A stretch of 64,000 nt of DNA from Macrostomum lignano (lineage: Eukaryota): positions 372,001-436,000 of the forward strand of contig NIVC01000446.1 of NCBI GenBank assembly GCA_002269645.1, written 5' to 3'. Made by a program: the position numbers and the translations under genes. Below the pieces are notes generated by a model. It was not told where the DNA came from, did not search any database, and saw only the letters and a program-made list of their open reading frames with translations. Shown here one piece after another: positions 49,001 through 55,985 of the stretch (its first letter is position 1; every line of letters starts with the position of its first letter).

Positions 49001-52000
49001 CTATGGAACATGTTTTGAAGGCCAATTTTCGTCGAAAACTACGCAACGGAGATAGGAAGCTTTTATTTTTAAGCACAGAAATTGTTATTGCTTTTGATAG
49101 GAGGCAGATCCAGTGTTCATCTTTTGATATGCTGTGCCTTTCTCATAGCTCTACTGATATTCATAAAGCTTTTCGTTCAGAAAATTAGGATTCTTCCTGT
49201 TAATTTTGTATTCTACGTACATTTCCTGTACCTAAAAATCATTAAAATTCATGACACAGCTCAAATCTTTGGTTTTATAAATCTATTTTATCATCTGTCA
49301 CACATACTGTTACACAGTCAGCTGAGAATGACAAAATAGACTTATAAAAACCCATAAGATGAGCCGTGCCATTTTTATTGGTTTTTAGGCAAGGGACATG
49401 TGCAATTTGTACGTAGAATACAAATTAACATAGAATCCTGATTCTCTGAACGAAAAGCTCTATGAATATCAATAGAGCTATAAGAGAGGCTCAGCCCTCC
49501 TATCGAAAGCAAGCAATAACAATCTTTGTGCTGAAAAAATGAAAACTTCCTATCTCCTTAGTGTATTTTTCTGCGAAAAGCGGCCTTCAAAACATTTTCC
49601 CTAGATTTCGAGTTTTGCGTCCTTTATATACGTTGCTTTAGTTGTCCTTGGTTTGATTGCGTGGGCGGCCACATTCATTTATGTGTCCTGTGCACAATGC
49701 ATTGCAACTCATTTCTATATCTACATGCTTGTACTCTTAATCAACTCATCCCCGCAGAAGATAAAGCTAAATAAGTCCGATGGGCATCTGATTGCTCTGG
49801 CAACCGCGGCCGGAGTGTACAAAGCTCGGCATATTGAAAGCGACTGTAGTAATCAAAATCTGGCCAATGCTGTGGAACTCATGGCTGAGCACATGTCAAA
49901 AAGAGCCAAGGTAACTGGGGGCATATTTGTACTGCTGTCTGTATTAGCTGGAGTGTCCTCCAAGGCACTGAGACCCTGTGTGAGCAGTCTAGAGTATAGA
50001 CATGACTGCTAGCCTCCAATAATATAATTAAGATAGGTGTGCAACCGACAGCTCAGCCGCAGCAATTGCGCGGCGCTTCTGAAGGCTGCGTACGGCTGTT
50101 CAATCCAAAGATTCGGGGTCGCCACACACCCTCGATTACCCCAGCTAATGCTGGCACCCATTTTATAACCATACCCGTTATTTAATAAAGTCATGGGTAA
50201 ACGGCAAGAGCAATTCGAAACCATGCCTGGTCAGCTAATTAGTAATCCTCGACTCAACTCCAGGAGATTTATGAGCAGCGCCTGCAGCCCATACTGGATG
50301 CCAGCTGGAACGGTGCCCACTCTCTAGCCTGCCTGGCACTTCACATGGCCTATACTCTGGCTATTAAACGCGATACTGAAGACATATTAGTAAAACTATT
50401 TGTTGCCATGGCAACCGACGACGTGTCGGCCTACTATTTGCCCTGCATGCCGCACGATCAGCTGCACGAGCTCTACAGAGCTGTCCGCAAGCAGAAGGGT
50501 GTGGAAGGCGATAACCCTACTGTCTACTGTGAGTAATAGCTTGTGCATATAGTTTTTTTAAGACCATGCAGTATGAAATCAAAACCTCTTATAGTCTTTT
50601 TTGTATTTCGATATATTCCTTTCAAATTTTAGTTTGCCCAAATGGTCATCCATACTATATTGGAAATGTAAGTTTTTTCTGTTATTCTATGTTGAATTAA
50701 CTTCATGTTAGCTTTAACATCTCAACAAGTCAGCAAGTAAACATCTCAGCAACTCCCAACAAGTCACACTGCTGACAGTCACACTGCTGACAGTCACACT
50801 GCTGACAGTCACACTGCTGACAGTCACACTGCTGACAGTCACACTGCTGACAGTCACACTGCTGACAGTCACACTGCTGACAGTCACACTACTGACAGTC
50901 ACACTGCTGACAGTCACATTGCTGATAGTCACATTGCTGACAGTCACATTGCTTACAGTCACATTGCTGACAGTCACATTGCTGACAGTCACATTGCTTA
51001 CAGTCACATTGCTGACAGTCAAACTGCTGACAATCAAACTACTGACAGTTACACTGCTGACAGTCACACTGCTGACAGTCACATTGCTGATAGTCACATT
51101 GCTGACAGTCACATTGCTTACAGTCACATTGCTGACAGTCACATTGCTGACAGTCACATTGCTTACAGTCACATTGCTGACAGTCAAACTGCTGACAATC
51201 AAACTACTGACAGTTACACTGCTGACAGTCACACTGCTGACAGTCACATTGCTGACAGTCACATTGCTTACAGTCACATTGCTGACAGTCAAACTGCTGA
51301 CAATCAAACTACTGACAGTTACACTGCTGACAGTCACACTGCTGACAGTCAAACTGCTGACAGTCACATTGCTGACAGTCACATTGCTTACAGTCACATT
51401 GCTGACAGTCAAACTGCTGACAATCACGCTGCTGACAATCAAACTACTGACAGTCACGCTGCTGACAGTCAGATTGCAAAAAGCATTTCTCAGCTGGCTA
51501 AGCCGCACGGCCCCCACCCCATAACCCGCAGTGCGGCCGCCCCATGGAGCTGGCCACCTGCCCGGACTGTTCCGCCCCCATTGGCGGCTCGCAGCACAAC
51601 TCGGCCGCTGGCAACAACCCGCTGCTAGCCCGCGACGATCAGAGCCCACGCGGCTTTGTGGACCTCAACACCACTGGCCAAGCGCAGTCAGTCCGCAACC
51701 TCACTCCCGTGGCAGTCGCACTGACCCGCATGCTGTTGTCTCTGGCCTCCCTAGCTGGCCGACCGGAGGCCGCCAACGCCGACTCAATGCGGCATCACTT
51801 TCAACGCGACTCGGCCAGATTCTGTCAGGCTAGCGGGCACAGCAGCGAGGATGCCTGTCTGGCTATTCATCTGGCTCTCGGTGCGCTAGCCGAAGCTCAT
51901 AGTCGGCCTGGTCAACTGCAGCTGGCTACTCAGGATCAGCGCCGCGAGACTGAGAATCTACTGCGAGATCGGATTCTAGCTGCTGTCATTGAGAAACTGG

Positions 52001-55000
52001 CGGAACGGCTGCAGACTGCTAATAGGCAACTGGCCGATGTACAGGTCAGTTTTGCACCCTGAGAGACTGAAATAGTATAATAACGATATAGTATTTAAAC
52101 AAAATAATATCTTATGCTGGTCGTCAGTCCTTCAGTCCCGGTCCTTCTTTTCCAGTCCATCAGTCCCGACCCTTCATTTCCAGTCCAGTCCCAGTCCATC
52201 AGTCCCGGTCCTTCATTCCCAGTCCATCAGTCCCGGTCCTTCATTCCCAGTCCATCAGTCCCGGTCCTTCATTCCCAGTCCATCAGTCCCGGCCCTTCAT
52301 TCCCAGTCCATCAGTCCCGGTCCTTCATTCCCAGTCCATCAGTCCCGGTCCTTCATTCCCAGTCCATCAGTCCCGGTCCTTCATTCCCAGTCCATCAGTC
52401 CCAGTCCATTAGTCCCGGTCCTTCAGTCCCAGTCCATTAGTCCCGGTCCTTCAGTCCCACTCCATCAGTCCCGGTCCTTCAGTCCTGACACTTCAGTCCC
52501 GATCCTTCAGTCCTGACACTTCAGTCCCGATCCTTCAGTCCATCAGTCCCGGTCCTTCATTCCCAGTCCATCAGTCCCGGTCCTTCATTCCCAGTCCATC
52601 AGTCCCAGTCCTTCATTCCCAGTCCATCAGTCCCGGTCCTTCATTCCCAGTCCATCAGTCCCGGTCCTTCATTCCCAGTCCATCAGTCCCGGTCCTTCAT
52701 TCCCAGTCCATCAGTCCCGGTCCTTCAGTCCCAGTCCATCAGTCCCGGTCCTTCATTCCCAGTCCATCAGTCCCGGTCCTTCATTCCCAGTCCATCAGTC
52801 CCGGTCCTTCAGTCCCAGTCCATCAGTCCCGGTCCTTCATTCCCAGTCCATCAGTCCCGGTCCTTCATTCCCAGTCCATCAGTCCCGGTCCTTCATTCCC
52901 AGTCCATCAGTCCCGGTCCTTCAGTCCCAGTCCATCAGTCCCAGTCCTTCATTCCCAGTCCATCAGTCCCGGTCCTTCATTCCCAGTCCATCAGTCCCGG
53001 TCCTTCATTCCCAGTCCATCAGTCCCGGTCCTTCATTCCCAGTCCATCAGTCCCGGTCCTTCAGTCCCGGTCCTTCAGTCCCAGTCCATCAGTCCCGGTC
53101 CTTCATTCCCAGTCCATCAGTCCCGGTCCTTCATTCCCAGTCCATCAGTCCCAGTCCATTAGTCCCGGTCCTTCAGTCCCACTCCATCAGTCCCGGTCCT
53201 TCAGTCCTGACACTTCAGTCCCGATCCTTCATTCTCAATCCTTCAGTCCTAAATTGTTTAGTCTCCAACCCTTCAGTCCCAATCCTTCAGTCCCGATTCC
53301 AGTCCTTCAGTCCCAATTCTTCCATCTCCAACCCTTCAGTCCACAGTCCTTCAGTCCCAATTCTTCCATCTCCAACCCTTTAGTTCCCAATCCTTCAGTC
53401 CCAGTCCTGCGGTCCCAGTCCTTAACTTTTCGACCCGTTTCGGCACTATAAATGGCCATCTCAATACTCTTTAATTTAGTTCTACATATATAATGCCGCC
53501 AACGCATTGAGACGTGATCGAACTAGCTAAAAACGCACAAACAGAGATATACAGGTGATGAGTGCTGCTGACAGGGATGACGACAGTTGGATCAGTTACG
53601 CTGTTTTTGATACGTCTTCTTATAATAATGAATCGACGCCGTCAGAAACTTTCATCACCTGCCCGATGATGGCATTTCAACTTTTACTTTTCAACATCCC
53701 TGCGCTTCTGAATTCCAATAATTATAATTTCAATTCTCTCAGGTGAGCAACACCAGCTCGCTAGTGAGTCTGGTACACGAGACTAGCCGAGTAGACAGTG
53801 AGCAGCCTGAGCAGGCGGCTGTCTGGCGCTACCGTCAGGTTGTCACCGTTGAACACGCGGCCCAGCGATTGCGCGAGCTCAGCGGCGCTGCCACGGACGA
53901 GTTCGCGTTGGTGCGCGAGTTCTTCGACTTGGAGCCGGTGCTGCGGCACATCCGCTCGCTGCCGATTCTGGCTTGGCTGGCTGCGGATCTTGTCGCCATG
54001 CATAGCGGCAATTTGAGCTTCGCTGAGGCCGAGTCAACCTCAGCCACCATCGACAGTCTGCGAACCAGGCGCAACGGGCGTTGGACAGAGGCGGTGAAAG
54101 TGTTCCAGGTAGTTTGGAACGACCTGCGCGATCGGTTGAGCTACGCCAAGTACAAAGACTCGGGCAGATTGGCGCTTGATAAAGCTGGAGTTGAATGCAC
54201 CGGCTCTTGGCCTGTTGCAGCCCTACTGCCTAGCAGGTGCGCTGTTTGTTTCATTAATTGCTTAATGAATTCCTTCGGCGGACATTCCGCTGTTAGTTTT
54301 AGAAGTCAGGGGCCATGTGCACCCTGGCGCACTCTGAGCGCCACATTGTCACACAACCGGCGAGAGGCATTGCTGTCCATTCCGTCGACTCCCCTGAGCA
54401 GGCACACACTCACACAGGAGTGTACAGCGGCCCTGACTTTATTTATCGTTAGGCATGTACACTTCACTGTGCCTTGGGGGTTGGCCTTCAAGGCTGTGAA
54501 TCGCACGACAGCCCCTTGAGCCAATTTCCGTGAACAAGCACGGACTCGAATTGGATGTTTAGTTAACACTTGTCATACCTGCAGCACTGATGTTGATCAA
54601 CAGGTTTTGAATAAAATATTTTCCTTGACCGTTCCAGGCGCCAGTGGGGCCGCTGTATAGTGGCGCTGCTGCAGCTCCTGGCTGACACACAGAACCGCCT
54701 GCTAGAGCTGGCCAACTTGGGCCCGGAGATTGCCGAACCCGTAGATCTCGGCGCTGTTGGCGAGGGCGAAGGCGAGAGCGGCTTGACACAGTCGGCTGTG
54801 ATCACTTACGACGCTGAACGCGACCTGCTGCCGCTGTTGCTAGGCAACGCCGCCTATTCGCTGCGGGTAGGCGAAGGCGGCCGGCTTGAATACAATTTCA
54901 CCGGCCTGCAGACCCAGCTAGCCGATCGGTGCCTTCGCGGGCGTCGCCGAATTGTTGGCCATCCCAGGCTGATCATCTACAAGGAGGAGTTCAACGTCAA

Positions 55001-55649
55001 GGAGCTGCTTGATAGGCTCCGGCGCTGCGTGCCCGGCCAGTCGGAGCGGCTGGACCTCGGCCTTGAGCAGGACCTGTTGAACGGCCTCGGCTCCGACCTG
55101 GCCACAGTTACCGGCCTAGTTGAGGACACTCTGCTCACCGTTATCAAGTTCCTCTGCGTCATGCAGCCGGAGTCTCCCGCCAGCCTAGAGCTCAGCCGCT
55201 TCTCTGCCGAGGTGCTTCGCATGCCGTCGACTTCGTCAGCTGATTCCGGCGCTGCTAACGGCTTGCCGGATTGCCTACGCGCCGCTCGCGTCACCGACGC
55301 CCGGGCCCTCTGGCTGCGTCTGGACCGGCTGCGCTGGCAGCTGCTGCTCAATGCCGGCATGCTTGAGCACTGCCTGCCCGACGCCTGTCGGGGCGAGCGT
55401 CAGCTGCCGATCGCGTCACCGGATTCGCCCCTGCCCAGCGGCATGTCGGGCAGGCGGGATCTGCTTAGCGAGCGCCTTCACCAGCTGCTGGCGCTGGACC
55501 TGCGCAGCGAGACCGCCCTGTCCGACTATCCGTTGTGCGAACTCGGCGACATCTCGGACGAGTACGTGGGCGTGTTTGACCGCTTCGACAAGCGACTGCT
55601 GTGCCGACACGCTGGCCTGCTGTGGGTCTGGCTTAACCGCAACGATTAA
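1..55649 (+). CDS. RNF213: RNF213 (mysterin)-like giant AAA+ ATPase / E3 ubiquitin ligase, 5'-incomplete, 30 exons in window (~3,860 codons)
   Basis: Hand-built exon chain, all GT-AG with matching phases: <1-124, 1253-1547, 2323-2651, 3415-3673, 4014-4280, 4666-5505, 6836-7671, 8579-8942, 9770-10114, 28303-28701, 30513-30829, 31838-32164, 33163-33496, 34446-34841, 36008-36688, 36875-37502, 38343-38490, 38585-39356, 42156-42428, 44028-44131, 44280-44609, 45395-45628, 47725-47983, 48646-48891, 49758-49910, 50264-50528, 50633-50667, 51532-52044, 53743-54236, 54638-55649 (TAA). Motifs match RNF213 as I recall it: SDRSGMGKS, YELTLDN..MRFRCGIPVVVMGETGCGKT, AACNPYR, LVYRV, GKPGSSKS, ILDEIGLAEDSPSMPLKTLHPLLEDG, NWALDPAKMNRG, GSSFPRDQ, RING, and RZ finger CPNGH..CGRP..CPDC..IGG..H. 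Confidence 0.93.
222..790. repeat. Intronic minisatellite, 31-bp unit TGTCCCGAGATCCCGTCTGAACTTGTCCCGT
   Basis: About 12 near-perfect copies plus degenerate flanks. Confidence 0.95.
1590..1745 (-). mobile_element. SINE copy, 5'-truncated
   Basis: Shares GAAGGCTGCGTACGGCTGTTCA and CCTCAATTACCCCAGCTAATGCTG..CACCCATTTTA with the other copies. Confidence 0.72.
3770..3925 (-). mobile_element. SINE copy (same family as 61591-61800)
   Basis: Reverse complement of the SINE body, including the B box (GGAATCGAACCCC on +). Confidence 0.75.
4440..4595. repeat. Intronic minisatellite, 28-bp unit CTGAGGATCTGGGAGGCTGGCCCAGCAA
   Basis: About 5 copies, degenerating toward the 3' end. Confidence 0.9.
5661..5920 (+). 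mobile_element. One-ended or truncated CACTA-type element of the same family as 42597-42685
   Basis: Begins CCCGTATAAAAGTAGGAC, followed by repeated TGACGGTCACA motifs; no right TIR found. Confidence 0.6.
5975..6797. repeat. Intronic minisatellite, 17-18-bp unit TTTGACCCAGTGA(A)CCA
   Basis: Direct inspection. Confidence 0.95.
6836..7671 (+). CDS. RNF213: RNF213-like exon with first P-loop-like motif (SDRSGMGKS)
   Basis: Acceptor TACAG|GTG at 6835/6836 and donor AG|GTGAGA at 7671; translation VVLVHSDRSGMGKS...DFATR. Confidence 0.9.
7903..8460. repeat. Intronic minisatellite, 23-bp unit GGGCTCGCCCATTTTGTACACTC
   Basis: Direct inspection; variants differ in G-run length. Confidence 0.95.
9057..9510. 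repeat. Intronic minisatellite, 16-18-bp unit CAAGCTCGATTCTT(GA/CAT/CAAA)
   Basis: Direct inspection. Confidence 0.95.
9770..10114 (+). CDS. RNF213: RNF213-like AAA+ exon: Walker A GETGCGKT and Walker B VLFFDE
   Basis: ORF 9779-10192 translation; donor GAG|GTGAGT at 10114 directly after the Walker B Glu. Confidence 0.92.
10560..11300 (+). repeat. Left subterminal repeat array of the giant element (CGACCGT motif)
   Basis: Dozens of (G/T)CGACCGT units, e.g. TCATCGACCGTTCCTGCGACCG, just inside the left TIR. Confidence 0.9.
12811..13035 (+). repeat. (AG)n microsatellite inside the giant element
   Basis: Long GA dinucleotide run with AC interruptions. Confidence 0.95.
13356..15145 (-). CDS. Transposon accessory protein: N-terminal beta-rich domain, coiled coil, BEN-like domain, acidic tail; 2 exons
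   Basis: ORF 13784-15145 (start at 15145 or 15106), donor AAG|GTGAGT at 13838, acceptor ATCCAG|GCC at 13652, stop at 13356. Coiled-coil segment (YTQELSTLRAA..ELRRARDSLQDQLAAAKLEAAEYRK). AVFTPRELRRRSYTGKTAKGLGKPAVDERKKKAICSFL fits the BEN pattern (F+..EL...S+.G......KP.LD..+...I). Confidence 0.72.
17419..19292 (-). CDS. F-box/LRR-repeat protein (FBXL-like) inside the transposon, 3 exons, ~538 aa
   Basis: ATG in ACCATGG context at 19292. F-box MDALPAELITRIFASLDLQSLLRCARVSRRWHELAMQPLLW followed by Cys-containing LRRs (CPNLRGLLL, CPRLRHLRLLDC, CPHLAHIEL, LRKCVLENCVQLTDRGL, LHTLHLDDCRLVT, CPNLSDDGV). Exons 19292-18626, 18478-18032, 17921-17419 with canonical splice sites and consistent phases. 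Confidence 0.88.
22236..25778 (-). CDS. CACTA/EnSpm-type DDE transposase (TnpD-like), 4 exons, ~986 aa
   Basis: Exons 25778-23887, 23711-23520, 23252-22937, 22796-22236 (GT-AG, phases fit; last exon least certain). Motifs: CxxC..CxxC (FCMHC..CPQC), NVDGFP (D1), IFDAPQRA (D2), HNGKHGCGSC, CYLH ([C/D]xxH), RAPRTLRELGHWRGHELEAWLFVY, YYQHFMLL, LYTESSMTYNAH, FGPIHRLSAGLFE (E). Confidence 0.88.
25160..25640 (-). repeat. In-frame coding tandem repeat in the transposase N-terminus (A-S-D-A-E/A units)
   Basis: Translation ASDAEASDAA... repeated over ~160 aa without breaking the frame. Confidence 0.9.
26865..27480 (-). repeat. Right subterminal repeat array of the giant element (ACGGTCG = inverted CGACCGT)
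   Basis: Dozens of ACGGTCG(A/C) units leading into the right TIR; mirror image of the left array. Confidence 0.9.
27500..28050 (+). repeat. Tandem array of alternating 81- and 78-bp units (159-bp higher-order repeat); target of the giant insertion; the other part of the interrupted unit lies at ~10460-10519
   Basis: Units share TTACTGCTCTCTCATTGGCTGAGC(G/T)AGATTGGGCCTG; A and B variants alternate about 3.5 times. Related single copy at ~35205-35270. Confidence 0.88.
28050..28220 (+). repeat. Dispersed repeat (GAGGAAG..GGAAATTTTAGCTGCCAC..AAACTACT); related copies at ~1030-1140 and ~35270-35405
   Basis: Visible similarity among the three loci; at 28050 and 35270 it directly follows the 78/81-bp unit. 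Confidence 0.6.
28303..28701 (+). CDS. RNF213: RNF213-like AAA+ exon continuing after the 18.2-kb intron (VNTT..IKEIMCD..AACNPYR..LVYRV..WDFG)
   Basis: Acceptor CTCCAG|GTAAAC (phase 0) joins FFDE to VNTT; ORF 28342-28725 translation. Confidence 0.92.
28850..30430. repeat. Intronic minisatellite, 15-bp units GAGTGGGATTCCAGT / GAGTGGGATTTCACT
   Basis: About 100 copies of two interspersed variants. Confidence 0.95.
31007..31755. repeat. Intronic minisatellite, 54-bp unit CCATAGACAGAAGCCCAGAACCAATCAAATCAAGCTCAGATTTGTCAGTCTTGG
   Basis: About 14 copies. Confidence 0.95.
31838..33496 (+). CDS. RNF213: RNF213-like AAA+ exons with Walker A GKPGSSKS (31838-32164) and Walker B IILDE (33163-33496)
   Basis: ORFs 31785-32168 and 33167-33565; splice phases are consistent. 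Confidence 0.92.
32250..33020. repeat. Intronic minisatellite, ~31-35-bp unit TTTTAGCGCCAATCTAGCGCCATAGAATAGG
   Basis: Direct inspection. Confidence 0.93.
33636..34239. mobile_element. Foldback/MITE family copy 1 (long imperfect inverted arms; CAAGGA...TCCTTG ends)
   Basis: The arm GATAGGAGGCAGACCCAGTGTTCATCTTTTGATATGCTGTGCC (~33767) is reverse-complemented at ~34065-34106; flanks CCCAGAG / CCCATAG. Confidence 0.75.
35502..35971. mobile_element. Foldback/MITE family copy 2 (internally deleted or degenerate)
   Basis: Starts CAGGGACTACTCAAGTAG and shares the right-arm sequence with copies 1 and 3. Confidence 0.65.
37510..38232. repeat. (CTGA)n tetranucleotide microsatellite, ~720 bp
   Basis: Fills most of the intron between exons ending at 37502 and starting at 38343. 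Confidence 0.97.
39395..42085. repeat. Intronic minisatellite, 23-24-bp unit (CACTAGAATCGCCC(C/T)TCAATGC(C/T)T), with a GC-richer 23-bp variant at the 5' end
   Basis: About 2.7 kb, over 100 copies. Confidence 0.95.
42550..43940. repeat. Intronic minisatellite, 30-bp unit GGGTCATAAACTAAGGCTGCATTATCAAAA
   Basis: Direct inspection; interrupted by the 89-bp MITE. Confidence 0.95.
42597..42685. mobile_element. 89-bp non-autonomous CACTA-type MITE
   Basis: TIRs CCCGTATAAAAGTCGGAC / CCCGTATAAAAGTGGGAC (17/18); TCA is duplicated at 42594-42596 and 42686-42688; inserted in the 30-bp minisatellite. Confidence 0.85.
44280..44609 (+). CDS. RNF213: RNF213-like RING-finger exon (CQLC..CGDHLCGRC..CPRC)
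   Basis: ORF 44206-44685 translation; acceptor TTCTCAG at 44279. Confidence 0.88.
44695..45205. repeat. Intronic minisatellite, 33-bp unit GAGCCAATTGGCATCTCAGCAACTCCCCCCATT
   Basis: About 15 copies, each with the palindrome GCCAATTGGC. Confidence 0.95.
45632..47600. repeat. Intronic compound minisatellite (21-bp to 23-bp units sharing the core ATTTGA(G/A)T)
   Basis: GCGCCGTTTCATTTGAGTGGG, then GACACAATCTCATTTGAGTTGGG, then GAAACAATCTTATTTGAGTTG(T/G)G. Confidence 0.93.
48158..48510. mobile_element. MITE-like element with ~20-bp TIR (GCTACT(G/T)TCAGTTCAGTAG); inverted copy at ~1765-2070 and a shorter element with the same TIRs at ~55655-55819
   Basis: About 160 bp of internal sequence at 1769-1930 is the reverse complement of ~48300-48470; the TIR core ACTTTCAGTTCAGTAG / CTACTGAACTGAAAGT also brackets 55655-55819. 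Confidence 0.65.
48957..49650. mobile_element. Foldback/MITE family copy 3
   Basis: CAAGGACTACTAAAG ... CTTTAGTTGTCCTTG ends; flanks GTTCAATT / GTTTGATT (6/8). A further related end occurs at ~63503. Confidence 0.75.
50068..50168 (-). mobile_element. SINE 3' fragment
   Basis: Same GAAGGCTGCGTACGGCTGTTCA..ATTACCCCAGCTAATGCTGGCACCCATTTTA segment. Confidence 0.7.
50264..52044 (+). CDS. RNF213: RNF213-like RZ finger split over three exons (50264-50528, micro-exon 50633-50667, 51532-52044)
   Basis: Spliced translation VYFCPNGHPYYIGN|CGRPMELATCPDCSAPIGGSQH matches the RZ-finger pattern CxxxH..C..CxxC..H. Confidence 0.9.
50760..51470. repeat. Intronic minisatellite, 15-bp unit CTGACAGTCACA(C/T)TG
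   Basis: Direct inspection; lies between the RZ-finger micro-exon and the exon starting with the putative catalytic Cys. Confidence 0.95.
52120..53420. repeat. Intronic minisatellite, 28-bp unit CAGTCCCGGTCCTTCATTCCCAGTCCAT
   Basis: Direct inspection. Confidence 0.95.
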
Positions 55650-55985
55650 TTAGTAGCTAGACTTTCAGTTCAGTAGTAGGTAAGAATATGTAAGCTAATT
55701 TTTAATTAAAAAGTGAACAGCATTAAGGAGTGACTTATCTGATTGCTAATTAGTGCAGTTGGTAGTGTGCATTAATTAGGGTTGACATTGTAACTTGCTA
55801 CTGAACTGAAAGTAGCTTACAACAGTGACAAATAAAAGTACATTGTGCTCTACTATTTCTGTGTTATTCAGTACGAGTCTAAAATTCACCTTTTCTTGTT
55901 GAGGTTTTCTATACTGCCTATAGTGTTTACCCGGTTTTAAACAAATTTCTATTATTGTTTTTTATCCCAGACATTGCCTGGCAAT

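Noticed and set aside
53555-53746. 63-aa ORF after a CAG as an extra RNF213 exon
   Set aside because: No suitable donor is evident, and exon 51532-52044 joins 53743 in phase with a better match to the expected sequence.
55927-55945. TTACCCGGTTTTAAAC resembling the left end of the giant element
   Set aside because: Only 7 bp match the TIR, with no subterminal repeats or partner end; likely chance.
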